Shown: in pieces, positions 1 to 13,215 of the stretch
How the letters are laid out: each line of letters begins with the position of its first letter
Numbering within the stretch: the first letter of the stretch is position 1
NCBI GenBank assembly: GCA_002269645.1
Contig: NIVC01000438.1
Span: forward strand, 1 to 64,000
DNA: 64,000 nucleotides
Reading direction: 5' to 3'
From: Macrostomum lignano
Lineage: Eukaryota
Notes under the pieces: model-generated
Databases searched by the model: none
What the model saw: only the letters and a program-made list of their open reading frames with translations
What the model was told of the DNA's origin: nothing
Position numbers and translations under genes: made by a program

Positions 1-715
1 TAAGGTGAGAGATGCTGAGATTAGATACACTGGAAGGTGAGAGATGCTGAGATTAGATACACTGGGTGATGAGGTGAGAGATGATGATATTAGATACACT
101 GGTGATGAGGTGAGAGATGATGATTATTAGATACACTGGTGATCCTGAGGTGAGAGATGCTGATATTAGATACACTGGTGATGAGGTGAGAGATGCTGAT
201 ATTAGATACACTGGTGATGAGGTGAGAGATGCTGAGATTAGATACACTGGTGATGAGGTGAGAGATGCTGAGATTAGATACACTGGTGATGAGGTGAGAG
301 ATGCTGAGATTAGATACACTGGTGATGAGGTGAGAGATGCTGAGATTAGATACACTGGTGATGAGGTGAGAGATGCTGAGATTAGATACACTGGTGATGA
401 GGTGAGAGATGCTGAGATTAGATATACTGATGAGGTGAGAGATGCTGATATTAGATACACTGGTGATGAGGTCAGAGATGCTGAGATTAGATACACTGAT
501 AAGGTGAAAGATGATGAGATTAGATACACTAATGATGAGGTCAGAGATGCTGAGATTAGATACACTGATAAGGTGAAAGATGATGAGATTAGATACACTA
601 ATGATGAGGTCAGAGATGCTGAGATTAGATATATACTGATGAGGTGAGAGATGAGCTGAGATTATGATGATTACACTGGTTTTAAGGTGAGAGATGCTGA
701 GATTAGATACACTTG
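1..715. repeat. 36-bp minisatellite (GATGAGGTGAGAGATGCTGAGATTAGATACACTGGT)n, runs off the window start
   Basis: Unit directly visible; ORFs 53-752 are 12-aa periodic translations of it. Confidence 0.95.
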
Positions 716-2189
716 TGAGAGATCCTATGGTGACGCAAATCCATGATTCCATTTTCTTAGAAAAATGAGAAAGTGAGATGCAAGCTAAAGTTTATTGAAA
801 TTAGCGCTGTGCAATCATTTTTTACCTTTTAAAAGATACGTTAATCCTTAAGTAGTCATTTTTGTGTGTTTAGATGTATCCTCATACTTTTGCAGCGATG
901 TTGTACTTTAATATAATAAAGTTTTAGATTTCTTATTTTACAGTAGTAATGCGTTTAGTGAAATTATTATTTAATGCTCTTATAGTATTTAGTTTAAAAT
1001 GTGATCAATAAAGTTCTGCTTTTTAGTCTCGTGTTGTCTAAAATGCTTCGTCAGGGTATTGTCCTGTGCTCAATGACTTAAGCTACTTTTTTTCATTTTT
1101 TATACTACTGACAAACTTCTCATTGTTAGTAGTAGCGCGTTTTTATTTCAGCTTGATTTTTTTTGACGGTCTAATTTAAAACTGGGCTTTGAGAAATCTC
1201 AATAAAATACACATGTCACACTTATGATAAAACAAAATATCAAAAAGTGTGACAAAGCCTCCATGCCATCGCGCCATGGCTCTAAGCTTCTGTTTTGGAA
1301 TTTAGTTTTCAAAGAAATCATTTAAAGCTTTTTTGACTTGACGTTAATTTTTAATTTAAAGTATTCTAGAAAATTGTAGAAACTATAAATTGCCGATGTG
1401 TACATGATCAAAATAGTCTTTTTATCTGAAAGCTTTATGATTGATAATTTCATAAAATTTACTTAAAGGTTCCGTCAATATGTATTTTTTCGATATTGTC
1501 TAATCCTTTCTCACAAACGCCATGTCCTCTATTGTCAAAGTACCCACTGTTCTTAATTAGTGTCGCTTGTTTTAAGTACAAACACAGTCTCTGTCTCGAG
1601 ACAAAGAATTCTCCAGACAAAGGATTCTCATAGCTAATAAAAGAAACAACGAACGGAAACTTGTTAACAGAGATCACATTAGCGATGCTTTGTCGAAGCT
1701 TTTCGTTTCCTCAAAATTTATGATATTGAGATTGAAACGAAATCACTCCTGTCTGGTCTGTGTGATGACTTCTTCTTTAGCGGAAGACAGTGAGCCAAGA
1801 CTTCTTAATATTTGCTCTCTTAACCGAGCGTCTTATTTCATGTTATCGTAACGTTCTTTTTTATTTTCCAACCTGGAAGCATTGCTTTTTTAGCTCATGG
1901 ATGTGTGCGACTGAATCGTCTATGGCCACACCCAACAGTCTGTACATCCGTATGTATGAGTGCGTGACTGCGTTAAGTATTGGCGAGCTAGTACATGTAT
2001 GTGCTCAGGGTCAGCTAAATGGGCAGAATTGCCGTCAGAGCCGGTTCTGGGACCAAGTCGCCAGGATGCCCTCTGCCCTCCCCTGAATATAGGCCCAGCC
2101 TAGGTCTCAGGTGTCTTTGAAAAAGATCGATTTTAATAATGGATTTGCTTTTATAAGTAAAAATTAGCGGCTAAATTCATTCCAGTCGC

Positions 2190-2290
2190 ATGCAAGCGTG
2201 GATGATGGCCGCAGGGGCGCCGCTGTGGCGGGCAATCTTCGGTCTGACTCGTCAGGCTGATGGATTTTTTCGTTCCTCAATTCTCAGTCG
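2190..2290 (+). CDS. ACOT8: ACOT8/TesB-like acyl-CoA thioesterase, exon 1 (MQAWMMAAGAPLWRAIFGLTRQADGFFRSSILSR)
   Basis: ATG at 2190 (alternative 2202); donor CG|GTGAGT at 2291 is phase 2 and matches exon 2; AIFGLTRQADGFFRS resembles the ACOT8 N-terminal VLNLEPLDEDLFRG segment as recalled. Confidence 0.7.
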
Positions 2291-2613
2291 GTGAGTTGTT
2301 AAAATTAAATCCCAACAAATCATCCCGGGTGGCTTAGCCTCGACATTGATTTCCGGACTATGCGTGATTTTTACGGAGTCTCACTTTTGCTTCATTGTTT
2401 TTCACCGATTATTTGTTTCAAAAGCAATCAAACGAAATTGTGTTGTGTGACTAGTGGAATGCCATTGACGATCTGCGTTTTTTCATTACATTTTTAGTCC
2501 GATTTGTTTAATTTCATCTGTCTGCGTTCTATACAAGTGTTTTAATTGACCTCTGTACTTATTCAATTTAGTACACGTGTACTAATGTTTCTACTTAATT
2601 TATTAATTTTTAG

Positions 2614-2786
2614 TGCCGAATTGAGCCAAGTGTGGCTGGGAGACAGCGAAGGCAGGTCAATGTACGGCGGTCTTCTTCTAGCTCAGGCGATGTCTGCCGC
2701 AGCTGCAAGTGCCGTCTCCGATGCCGAATGTCTCGCAGACTCCGGCTTGCGTTTCGACTCATTGAGTGCCTATTTTCTTAGAGCAG
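2614..2786 (+). CDS. ACOT8: ACOT8-like exon 2 (MYGGLLLAQAM...FDSLSAYFLRAG)
   Basis: Acceptor TTTTTAG| at 2613; matches the TesB/ACOT8 FGGQxxGQAL...HSLHCYFVRAG motif; phase-1 donor GTCTGG at 2787 is non-optimal. Confidence 0.85.
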
Positions 2787-3229
2787 GTCTGGCTCTCAGT
2801 TTTTTTCACTGTTTTCCCCGAAAATTCAGTTGCTAACTGGTGTAAATTTTTCTTGAATAGCAAAAACTTGCATTTTTGTGTTCTTAACTGTCTACCTAAA
2901 TGTTTCTTAGCTCTTAGCGTGGGAATCTGCGCATTACTAATCAGAAAAAAGGATCGTTTTCAAAGTTCGAAGGCTGTTTAAAAATTTTCCAAACTGTGTT
3001 TACCACAAGTCCTTGCGCATCTGCTGTATCGAATGGTAAGACCACCGAATATTTCACCCAGAATATGCTTATTCGGTCTCTCAGCATGAAAATCGCAGAG
3101 CAAAAAAGATACGCATTTAGCCTACTCTTCGGATGAAGAAAGCAAGTAGTACAAACCATAGATAATCTAAAAGTAGCTACTTGCTCAATGCTTATTCGTT
3201 CATCGCTTATACTGAGTGACACTGAAAAA

Positions 3230-4035
3230 TCAATCAGTAAGTTTTCTGATTCTGTGGTTTTGTCTCGCATAGAGGCGCCTAACCGCAGTACCCCTGTGAA
3301 ACTTGTCTCTGCCTGGCCGAAAGCTTGTAATGAGTTAGTAGGCTGGGTTGGAGGGTAATAGTGGATCAGGAAGGGCTGTGGGTAGCTGTATAGGAAGGCA
3401 GGCCTATACCTGTTCCAGTTGGTGCTCTGACGGTCCCCCTCGGAGTGCCCTCTGAGCGAACAGCCAGCGACCCTATTAAAGCTGGAGTGTGCCAGAACCA
3501 GGACTGAGTCTGAGCAGGACGGGACCGTTGGCACGGTCACTATAGAAATGGTGGGTTGGCGAAGCAAAGGGTGAAACAGTCCCAGCGATTAGCCATCCTG
3601 CCGCTTTAATGATAAGAGACTGTCTTGGCAAGAGTACCCGGGGTCTGGTAGGTGGGGAGGCTCCTCCGGGTGGCCACGGCCGTGGGGAGGTCCTCGGACC
3701 ACTTTTTGGCATATTCTAACCCAGGAGAAGGCACGGGCTGCCCCCGAGGTTCACTTAACCCCTGCCAGCCCCGGGGAGGTTTAGATAAGCCAATTGGGTT
3801 TGGGGTAAGCGTACGCTCTGAGGGTCGGGGGTAGGGCCCGCTCTCGGCCTGACTGGCGCCGCTTGCTCGGCTCGATGTACAGTCCTCTTAGCTCTAATTA
3901 GGATCTTAGTGTACATTAGTACACTCCCAACCTGGAATCTATATATCTCTAGTGGCGTAAGAGCCTGATCAATGGCTGAGGCGCCGAAAACACTTATATC
4001 TCTCTCTCTCTCAATCAGTAAGTTTTCTGATTCTG
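3230..4035. mobile_element. Unclassified ~0.76-kb GC-richer insert flanked by a 25-bp direct repeat, with a (TC)n tail
   Basis: TCAATCAGTAAGTTTTCTGATTCTG at 3230-3254 and 4011-4035; (TC)n just before the second copy. Confidence 0.5.
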
Positions 4036-4746
4036 AAAAAATGCCCATTTTTTCTAAATCTTTTTACAAAACGAATGCGTACATGTCTAAAATTGTTATA
4101 AGCTTTGCTCAGCATTTCGAATAATAGATAATAAAACGTGATAAAACTTGTTTATTGCAGGATAGTTTCTAGCTCTAAAAATGCACAACAACAGTTCAAC
4201 ATATGGATCGTAAATAACACTCATAGAGTTCAGATCTATCTCGACTGATGAAAAGACATACAATAAATTGCGTTCGGGTACTTAGTTCAAAACAAAGTTC
4301 ACGCGCAGAATTCAATTAACACATGCATCGGTGTCGCTTCAGACCACGGAAACGTCAAATACGGGAAGTTGAATGAAAATTAGCATATGATTGACAATTC
4401 AGTGAAAGTTATAAGCTTGAGCTTTTAGTCGAACAAGCTATGAATTCAGTTGAAGTTAATCTGGCTACGAATACTTAATTGTTAGTTCTTACTTTAGTGC
4501 CCATCAGCCTCGACCCCTGCAACATACAGTTTTTTTACATTTTAAAGTTTCTATTTTCGAAGAGACGGTTAACTCGCAGAAAAGTTGAGTGCTTTAGCTT
4601 GTACTTTACCGAATTATGTATGCAAATTTACGGGATATGCAACAATTATGAATTATATTACACGACAATTACCAATTTTTGCAGCCGTTTTATCTAATAC
4701 AAAGTAATAAGCCAGATAAAGCAATTATACCCATAGTCGAAAAGTG

Positions 4747-6252
4747 TTACAGAGGTGTGCTATGAGTAATCAGATGTCGAATATCGTCTTCGTTCCCAGC
4801 CCAGTTGTCGCTGGGCGAGGACAAGGTGCAGCGCCCATTTAGGTGTAATAAATTTTCATTGCTATTGTTTGACTCGTCGCTTTCTTGTTCCGCGTCGTTT
4901 TGACTTCGCTGCCGGTGCCTCCGGGAGGCCACGTTGTTGCTGGATGCCAGCAGCGTCGCCGCTACTGTCGCGCTGCGCACGGCGGCCGTTTCTCCTACGC
5001 CTGTCGCTGCCGTCAGCGCGCCGCCGACATCTGCCCCGCTGCTTCGCTGGAATTTCTGTTTGAAGCCAAACAGCACGTGACGATAGCTTTTGCGAACTTC
5101 TCGCATTCGGGTGTAGAGAATGATTGGACTGGCCACTGCATAGCAGGTCGTTAGCGCATCTAAATACGGCTGGACCCACATGAAGTGGTACACCTCGTCG
5201 CGAATTATTTCACTGCCAGTGTGCAGCACCACCTGCACAAGCATGTACAGTTCAGTGAGCAGTCCCGGTAGCATTGTTATGATGAATGTCAGCAACAGTA
5301 GAAATATTGTGCAGGCGCCTCTGCGTCTGCTGGCGATTACGCGTCTTTGACCGCAAACCGGACGCAGGATGCGTCGAAATATAAGGGCCAAGAAAGTGCT
5401 GATTAGTAGCAAGCCAATCGCTGTGACAACAGTCTGCGTAGCATACCCGAAATATCTCGACATGTGCATCAGTATTGTGCCATTCGATTGAGGCTGCGCT
5501 GGAGAACGTGGCGTAGAAATTGATAGCAGGTCATTGCCATGCAGCGGCACTGGTGGCAGCGGCGGGATGGTCACGGGAGTCCAATTATTCCGCGTAGATG
5601 ACGAGTCACGCGAACGTGGCAGGTACAACGGCGCCGAGATTTCCACGTAATTTGATGGAAGTGGCGGCAGGGTTATGTAGTTTACCAGCTTCCAATTCTG
5701 CGGCGTGAATTTCAGAGGCGTTGCAAGTCCCGCTGATGTGTTGGAATGTTTTGTTACAAGTAGTTTGTCAATGTTACACTGGGCTCGCGCCTCTTGTACA
5801 CTGTTTTCCGACTTGGCTAGTTTTACTAAAAACGACAATGCGCCAAGAAAGATGCCCAAAATCCAGTTGCTAGCGATGGTTACACTGGTAATTGGTCGCG
5901 AGTGGATCTGATACTGTAGGGAATGGTTCACTGTCAGGTACAAATCCAGGCTCAAGCTACACAGGCCGAGTGTAATCAGGATGGTACCGCTTATCCTGAT
6001 GTCTTCCACTAGCATGTCTGTCCATTTATAGCAGAACATGTTCGTTGCTGGCCTGTAGACAGCGGCTAGTAGACTTATCACGACGCCTATAGCTGCTACG
6101 AGATTCGCTGCCGTGATGCTTACTAACAATCGCGCTCGGTTGGTGAGCTTTCGTTTGCCCCAGCTGCACAGCGCTACCATGGTGATCGAGTTGATGATCA
6201 GGCCCATCACTGTGGCCACTAGTTCGATGATTTTGTCCTTTGTTAGCAGCAT
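4747..6252 (-). CDS. Intronless class A (rhodopsin-like) GPCR, 501 aa, nested antisense in ACOT8 intron 2
   Basis: Seven hydrophobic segments; GLIINS (TM1), AANL (TM2), Cys before TM3, SLDLY in place of DRY, W in TM4, LP in TM6, SPIILY in place of NPxxY. Confidence 0.9.
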   Translation of the reverse strand: MLLTKDKIIELVATVMGLIINSITMVALCSWGKRKLTNRARLLVSITAANLVAAIGVVISLLAAVYRPATNMFCYKWTDMLVEDIRISGTILITLGLCSLSLDLYLTVNHSLQYQIHSRPITSVTIASNWILGIFLGALSFLVKLAKSENSVQEARAQCNIDKLLVTKHSNTSAGLATPLKFTPQNWKLVNYITLPPLPSNYVEISAPLYLPRSRDSSSTRNNWTPVTIPPLPPVPLHGNDLLSISTPRSPAQPQSNGTILMHMSRYFGYATQTVVTAIGLLLISTFLALIFRRILRPVCGQRRVIASRRRGACTIFLLLLTFIITMLPGLLTELYMLVQVVLHTGSEIIRDEVYHFMWVQPYLDALTTCYAVASPIILYTRMREVRKSYRHVLFGFKQKFQRSSGADVGGALTAATGVGETAAVRSATVAATLLASSNNVASRRHRQRSQNDAEQESDESNNSNENLLHLNGRCTLSSPSDNWAGNEDDIRHLITHSTPL

Positions 6253-8854
6253 GGTCAGCCGATCTGAAACGAAGCAACATTATAAAAAGTACTAGTATCG
6301 CCTTGCAAGTGATGTTTTTGAAGCTCATTAGCGACTGACTGGGCGATTTTGGCGTCACTCCTCGTAATCCCTTGTTGCACATTTTTGTCTTGCTTTATTC
6401 CTCGCTTCCCATCCCTTCGGCAAGGATAGGGAAAGGGAAAACGCGAGTGGGTGGGCTGTCACGCGACATGGCCGGAAGTTCGACGCAGCTGTCACCGCAG
6501 TGGGAAACTTCTCCCCCCGCCTCAATTTGTAGAGGGAATACACACGACATTTCCAAAGCAAGATTTTTATTTCCACAATTCGTTCAAGATTCTGGACACG
6601 TGGGCGGTCCTGCTATGAAGGGTATCACTGAATTATCATTTGTTATACTTTGTTCCTAATAAATTGCCTTGTTTAGTTCGAACCCGGCAAAGTGTTTCCT
6701 TTCTCTTTTCTACCCCTTTTTAACTGACCTTTAAAAAGCCTCGGAACTCGGAATTCTTCAAAAGTTCAATTGGAACTTTTAGAAATTGGAAAAAGAAATG
6801 GTATTCGAACTTTCCTATGCACTATCGGAAAAGAATTGCTTTCAGCTCAAGATTCTGAGTCGGTGGACTATCTAAAAGATATAATTTCCGTTGATCTGCT
6901 TTGCACATCCTGCCATGCCGTCCTCTGGGGAATCTCTCGGTCCTCGATTTTTCTGCCTCTAACTGTATCAATATTGGGTCGCTACCAGCACGGATAAAGA
7001 AGGAATTTCGCATGAAATCATAGCCGTAGCTTACCCAGTGATAAAGAAGTCGCTATCCGTTAATAAAAGCGCCACTTTTTAGTGTTTTCTTCGAAAACAA
7101 TTGTGGAAATTTCTTTGCTGCAAGCGAACCTTGACTTGACTTGCCAGCAACTTTATACGGCCTTGTTATATAGCTTGGCAGTCGCTATTGGATGGCATAT
7201 TTTTGCCAATATTTCTACCGGCTCGGCTACCGACCAATAGCTAAAGTAGTCATACCTCTGATTTCGGCTTTTCTACGCCAGCCTGTCTTATCTTGTTTTC
7301 GAATTCTGAGTATCGAATCGAATCGTTCATTATTATCTTCTTGATGCAGTCAGTCCTGGTCCGGTATTGTTTTTTTTTTCTCATTTAGCCTAACGCTTGT
7401 CTGTCTGTCTTTTCTTTGTGTCTAAATGCCTGCCTGCTTGTCTGTCTGTCTGTCTAAAAGTACAACAGTACGGTGTTCTAACAAATTATATAACTTTTAG
7501 TCCATGAATTCGTCTCCGGAAAAAATTTGGTAATTATACAAAATGAATTTTCTGTCCAAATCACCCAGGCGAGCGGCTCCCGTTTCGACGAAATTACCAA
7601 AATAACTGTGGCTTTGCGGTTGCAGCAGCAGCCTGTCTGTCTGCTCGTCAAAGCAGATGCTTGTTCCAAGCTAATTTGCTTTTGTGCGTTGCAATTCCGA
7701 TTCAGAATACTGTAGGTTTAGAGATTAGCATGGAGCCTATTTGTTGGCTACTGGGTCCTATGATGTACTTTTAAGTCCATCTGCTCTGGTCACGGTCAGT
7801 AGATTATCATATTAGCTCGCCAGAGACATATGGATCCGCATTGATATAATACTGTGTGCCATCATGCTTACCAATTTATTTTATTTGGCTATCTTTTATA
7901 CCCGAAATTGAGCTGTATCTGCGGGATTGATAAACTGAGGCGTGACAGCTGCGGCAGTTGCCAGGTGATCTGTTGCTGAAATATTTAATAAAAAGGCCAG
8001 ACTGTTGAGTTCAGCCGGACTGTATAGAGAATTCTAGAAAAAAATGTGCTAACTTGGACTTTTGGGAGATAACGGAATATGAGGCTGTTCGATCCAAAGC
8101 ACAGAGAGTGCACATGCCTGATGATTTAGAAAGTAAAAAAGGGCCGATGTACACCATGTTTGAGCGTGTCCTCAGTAGTCGACGGAGTTGACATCAGCAG
8201 CGCTGTACTGTGTGACGATCTCGCCGAAGACTTTGCGCCTGGGTGCCCGCAGCCCTCCTGCAAATATCTATTAATTTTAAAGGAGGGAAATGAATAAAAG
8301 GGATTTGAGATTAAAGCAGATTGAGCTGTAGAAAATTTAATACGAAGCGACCTAAGAAAGGGTTTGCGTGCGGCCTACAAAGGCAGATTAAAAAAATGCA
8401 TTGACTTCAAAAAGTGCTAAATTTAGACGATTAATTATGAAGGAAACCATATTTCATATTTATAAAGGAAAATATGAAGATTAGCACTAGTTGGGACTGC
8501 GCGTTGAGCATCACATGTTGAAAACTCGCTGCCATTCTGCAAACAGTCTGCTTCAAATATTCTCCTCAGCTTATCTGGGAGCTCGCAACGTTTTCTGCAC
8601 TTAACGATTTTGTTTATAGCCTGCAAACATTGCCTGTCTGTTGAGTGCTTTTCAATATCTGCATTGCCCGATGAAAATTTGGTTTTCTACAAGCGTCTTA
8701 GCGAGCTTGGCAAATGTAATTTTGATAGCTGTCTTCGGCAAAAAGACAGTTCAAGATTCGCCCTGAGAGCATCTAACTCCCATTGGTTTGCTACAGTACA
8801 TGTACATGTGTATGATACTGCTATAACTACTACACGTGCATATTGCTGTTTCAG

Positions 8855-9559
8855 GTGCGCATACGGAGTCTGTTAGATACCTGGTTGAATCACTGTCTCG
8901 TTCATCCGGTTATAACGGCTGTCACGTTCTCAGGGTGACCGCTTTTCAAGCTGGGCCCACGTCGCCTATCCTTCTCTGCCAGATTGCTTTCACTCGCAGC
9001 CAGCCAATCAGCGCCTTCGGGGCAATAGACCCTCAGGATGAGTCATCTAGCAGCCAGCCAATCAGCGCCGTCGGGGCAATAGACCCTCAGGATGAGTCAT
9101 CTAGCAGCCAGCCAATCAGCGCCTGCCCACTACCAGAAGTGCTTCCCAAACAAGAGTCATTTCTTGCAGCCCAGCTCCACTCTACTAATCTGCTCAGCCA
9201 GAAGCAGCGCAACTACATCGAGAAACGACTTTGCGAAGCTCGCACCTCAGCCATCGAACTTCGACCTTGCAATCCATTCGAGTTTTTTCGCTTATCTCCT
9301 GCAGCTCAACCTTCTGTAGAGTTTTGGATCCGATTAAAAGCAGAATTTTTTGCCAACAAACACGCTGCACTAACGCCGCTGCAAAAGCAGATTTTAATGC
9401 TATTCCTAAGCGACAAGGGTCTGCTTAGAGGCGGCGAGGTGACGCGACCGGACGAGCGATTCCATCGGAAAGCTTCTCTGGATCATAGAATTGCGTTTCA
9501 CGAACTGGACGTTGATCCGTTCGAGTGGAGTTTGTACAGGGCGAGCTGCATCAGAGCTG
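8855..9559 (+). CDS. ACOT8: ACOT8-like exon 3 (GAHTESVRYLVE...IELRP...FWIR...LSD...ASLDHRIAFH...WSLYRASCIRA)
   Basis: Acceptor TGTTTCAG| at 8854 (phase 1); donor G|GTGAGC at 9560; second hot-dog fold motifs SD and SLDH are present. Confidence 0.9.
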
Positions 9560-9624
9560 GTGAGCGCTGGCTGGGCTGGGACGGTGGGACGATGATGCGA
9601 GGCTACAACACCAGGACTCTAAGA

Positions 9625-11900
9625 CATCAAGACAATATGACACTAGGACAATAGGACACTTGGACACCAGGACAATAGGAAATCAGGACACTTGGACACC
9701 AGGACAATAGGACACTAGGACACCAGGACACTAGGACACCAGGACACTAGGACACCAGGACACTAGGACACCAGGACAATAGGACACCAGGACACTATAG
9801 GACACCAGGACAATAGGAAATCAGGACACTTGGACACCAGGACAATAGGAAATCAGGACACTTGGACACCAGGACACTAGGACACCAGGACACTAGGACA
9901 CCAGGACAATAGGAAATCAGGACACCAGGACACTAGGACACCAGGACACTAGAACACTGGGACACTAGGACAATAGAACACCAGGACAATAGGAAATCAG
10001 GACACTTGGACACCAGGACACTAGGACACTAGGACACCAGGACACTAGGACACCAGGACACTAGGACACCAGGACACTAGGACACCAGGACAATAGGACA
10101 TCAAGACAATAGGACACTAGGACAATAGGACACTAGGACACCAGGACAATAAGAAATCAGGACACCAAGACACTAGGACACCAGGACACTAGGACACCAG
10201 GACACTAGGACACCAGGACACTAGGACACCAGGACACTAGGACACTGGGACACTAGGACAATAGAACACCAGGACAATAGGAAATCAGGACACTTGGACA
10301 CCAGGACACTAGGACACCAGGACATTAGGACACCAGGACATTAGGACACCAGGACAATAGGACACCAGGACACTAGGACACTAGGACACCAGGACACTAG
10401 GACACCAGGACACTAGGACACCAGGACACTAGGACACCAGGACAATAGGACACCAGGACACTATAGGACACCAGGACAATAGGAAATCAGGACACTTGGA
10501 CACCAGGACAATAGGAAATCAGGACACTTGGACACTTGGACACTTGGACACCATGCAGGACAATAGGAAATCAGGACACTTGGACACCAGGACACTAGGA
10601 CACCAGGACACTAGGACACCAGGACACTAGGACACCAGGACACTAGGACACCAGGACACTAGGACACCAGGACAATAGGAAATCAGGACACCAGGACACT
10701 AGGACACCAGGACACTAGAACACTGGGACACTAGGACAATAGAACACCAGGACAATAGGAAATCAGGACACTTGGACACCAGGACACTAGGACACTAGGA
10801 CACCAGGACAATAGGAAATCAGGACACTTGGACACCAGAACAATAGGAAATCAGGACAATAGGAAATCAGGACACTTGGACACCAGGAAAATAGGAAATC
10901 AGGACACTTGGACACCAGGACACTTGGACAGCAGGAACTAGGACACCAGGACACTAGGACACCAGGACACTAGGACACCAGGACAATAGGAAATCAGGAC
11001 ACTTGGACACCAGGACACCAGGACAATAGGAAATCAGGACACTTGGACACTTGGACACCAGGACACTAGGACACCAGGACAATAGGAAATCAGGACACTT
11101 GGACACCAGGAACTAGGACACCAGGACAATAGGAAATCAGGACACTTGGACACCAGGACACTAGGACACCAGGACAATAGGAAATCAGGACACTTGGACA
11201 CCAGGACACTAGGACACCAGGACAATAGAAAATCAGGACACTTGGACACCAGGACACTAGGACAATAGGAAATTAGGACACTTGGACACCAGGACGATAG
11301 GAAATCAGGACACTTGGACACCAGGACAATAGGAAATCAGGACACTTGGACACTTGGACACTTGGACACCAGGACAATAGGAAATCAGGACACTTGGACA
11401 CCAGGACAATAGGAAATCAGGACACTTGGACACTTGGACACTTGGACACCAGGACAATAGGAAATCAGGACACTTGGACACTTGGACACTTGGACACCAG
11501 GACAATAGGAAATCAGGACACTTGGACACCAGGACACTAGGACACCAGGACAATAGGAAATCAGGACACTTGGAAACCAGGACACTAGGACAATAGGAAA
11601 TCAGGACACTTGGACACCAGGACACTAGGACACCAGGACAATAGGAAATCAGGACTCTTGGACACCAGGACAATAGGAAATCAGGACACTTGGACACCAG
11701 GACAATAGGAAATCAGGACAATAGGAAATCAGGACAATAGGAAATCAGGACAATAGGAAATCAGGACAATAGGAAATCAGGACAATAGGAAATCAGGACA
11801 CTTGGACACCAGGACAATAGGAAATCAGGACACTTGGACACCAGGACACTAGGACACCAGGAAAATAGAAAATCAGGACACTTGGACACCATAACTCTAA
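9625..11900. repeat. Minisatellite of 8-bp subunits (AGGACACT/AGGACACC/AGGACAAT) with composite AGGACAATAGGAAATCAGGACACTTGGACACC units
   Basis: Directly visible; lies in ACOT8 intron 3. Confidence 0.95.
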
Positions 11901-12229
11901 GACAACAGGCGACAAAGGAAATGATTAAATTAATGCAAAAGTTTTTGAGTTCAATAAATTTTATTTAATTTATTTAATGGACTCAGTCAGTGCCTCAGAC
12001 TATCACTCCACTTTCGTGCTTGTCACGGTAACGAATGCTAGTTTTTTTCCTGGTTAGCGCAGTATTGGACTTCAATACTGCGGTCTGGTTCTGCAGTTTA
12101 TTGTTTCTAATTAAAGATTTTTTAAACTACTTTTCTCAAATCCTCACGTTTTCAACTGTGGCAGCTTCTCAGATTTTTTAGTTTTAATGAGCGCCCGCTA
12201 TGTTTCTTGAGTAAGACTGGCTGGAAGTT

Positions 12230-13215
12230 CAGGGTAGAAGGCAGGGAGAGAGGCAGGGTCGGATGCAGAGAGAGAGGCAGGGTCGGATGCAGAGAGAGGC
12301 AGGGAGAGAGACAGGGTCGGATGCAGAGAGAGACAGGGAGAGAGGCAGGGTCGGATGCAGAGAGAGACAGGGAGAGAGGCAGGGTCGGATGCAGAGAGAC
12401 AGGCAAGGAGAGAGACAGGGTCGGATGCAGAGAGAGACAGGGAGAGAGGCAGGGTCGGATGCAGAGAGAGAGGCAGGGTCGAAGGGAGGGAGAGAGAGGC
12501 AGGGTCGAAGGGAGAGAGAGAGAGGCAGGGTCGAATGCAGGGAGAGATCGGCAGGGTCGAAGGCAGGGAGAGAGGCAGGGTCGAAGGGAGGGAGAGAGGC
12601 AGGGTCAAAGGAAGGGAGAGAGAGGCAGGGTCGAAGGGAGGGAGAGAGAGGCAGGGTCAAAGGAAGGGAGAGAGAGGCAGGGTCGAAGGGAGGGAGAGAG
12701 AGGCAGGGTCGAAGGGAGAGAGAGAGAGAGAGGCAGGGTCGAAGGTAGGGAGAGAGGCAGGGTCGAAGGGAGAGAGAGAGAGAGGCAGGGTCGAAGGGAG
12801 GGAGAGAGAGGCAGGGTCGAATGCAGGGAGAGAGGCAGGGTCGAATGCAGGGAGAGAGGCAGGGTCGAATGCAGGGAGAGAGGCAGGGTCGAATGCAGGG
12901 AGAGAGGCAGGGTCGAATGCAGGGAGAGAGGCAGGGTCGAATGCAGGGAGAGAGGCAGGGTCGAATGCAGGGAGAGAGGCAGGGTCGGATGCAGGGAGAG
13001 AGGCAGGGTCGAAGGGAGAGAGAGAGAGAGGCAGGGTCGAAGGGAGGGAGAGAGGCAGGGTCGAAGGGAGAGAGAGAGAGGCAGGGTCGAATGCAGGGAG
13101 AGAGGCAGGGTCGAATGCAGGGAGAGAGGCAGGGTCGAATGCAGGGAGAGAGGCAGGGTCGAATGCAGGGAGAGAGGCAGGGTCGAATGCAGGGAGAGAG
13201 GCAGGGTCGGATGCA
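12230..13215. repeat. Purine-rich ~24-bp minisatellite (GAGAGAGGCAGGGTCGAATGCAGG)n
   Basis: Directly visible; explains the periodic ORFs at 12152-13317. Confidence 0.95.

Noticed and set aside
53-752. ORFs with 12-aa repeats
   Set aside because: Translations of a 36-bp minisatellite on both strands.
3965-3990. Hammerhead ribozyme core (CTGAGGCGCCGAAA) suggesting a Penelope element
   Set aside because: It does not match the CUGANGA core and no flanking stems were found.
8040-8200. Possible decayed hAT transposase C-terminus (LDFWEITEY...)
   Set aside because: Resemblance is weak, with no TIRs or supporting motifs; it needs a profile search.
8836-9654. Exon 8855-9559 as an upstream exon of the 16.7-kb gene
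   Set aside because: The phase is compatible, but its sequence is thioesterase-like and the 15764 exon completes the fold with SKL.
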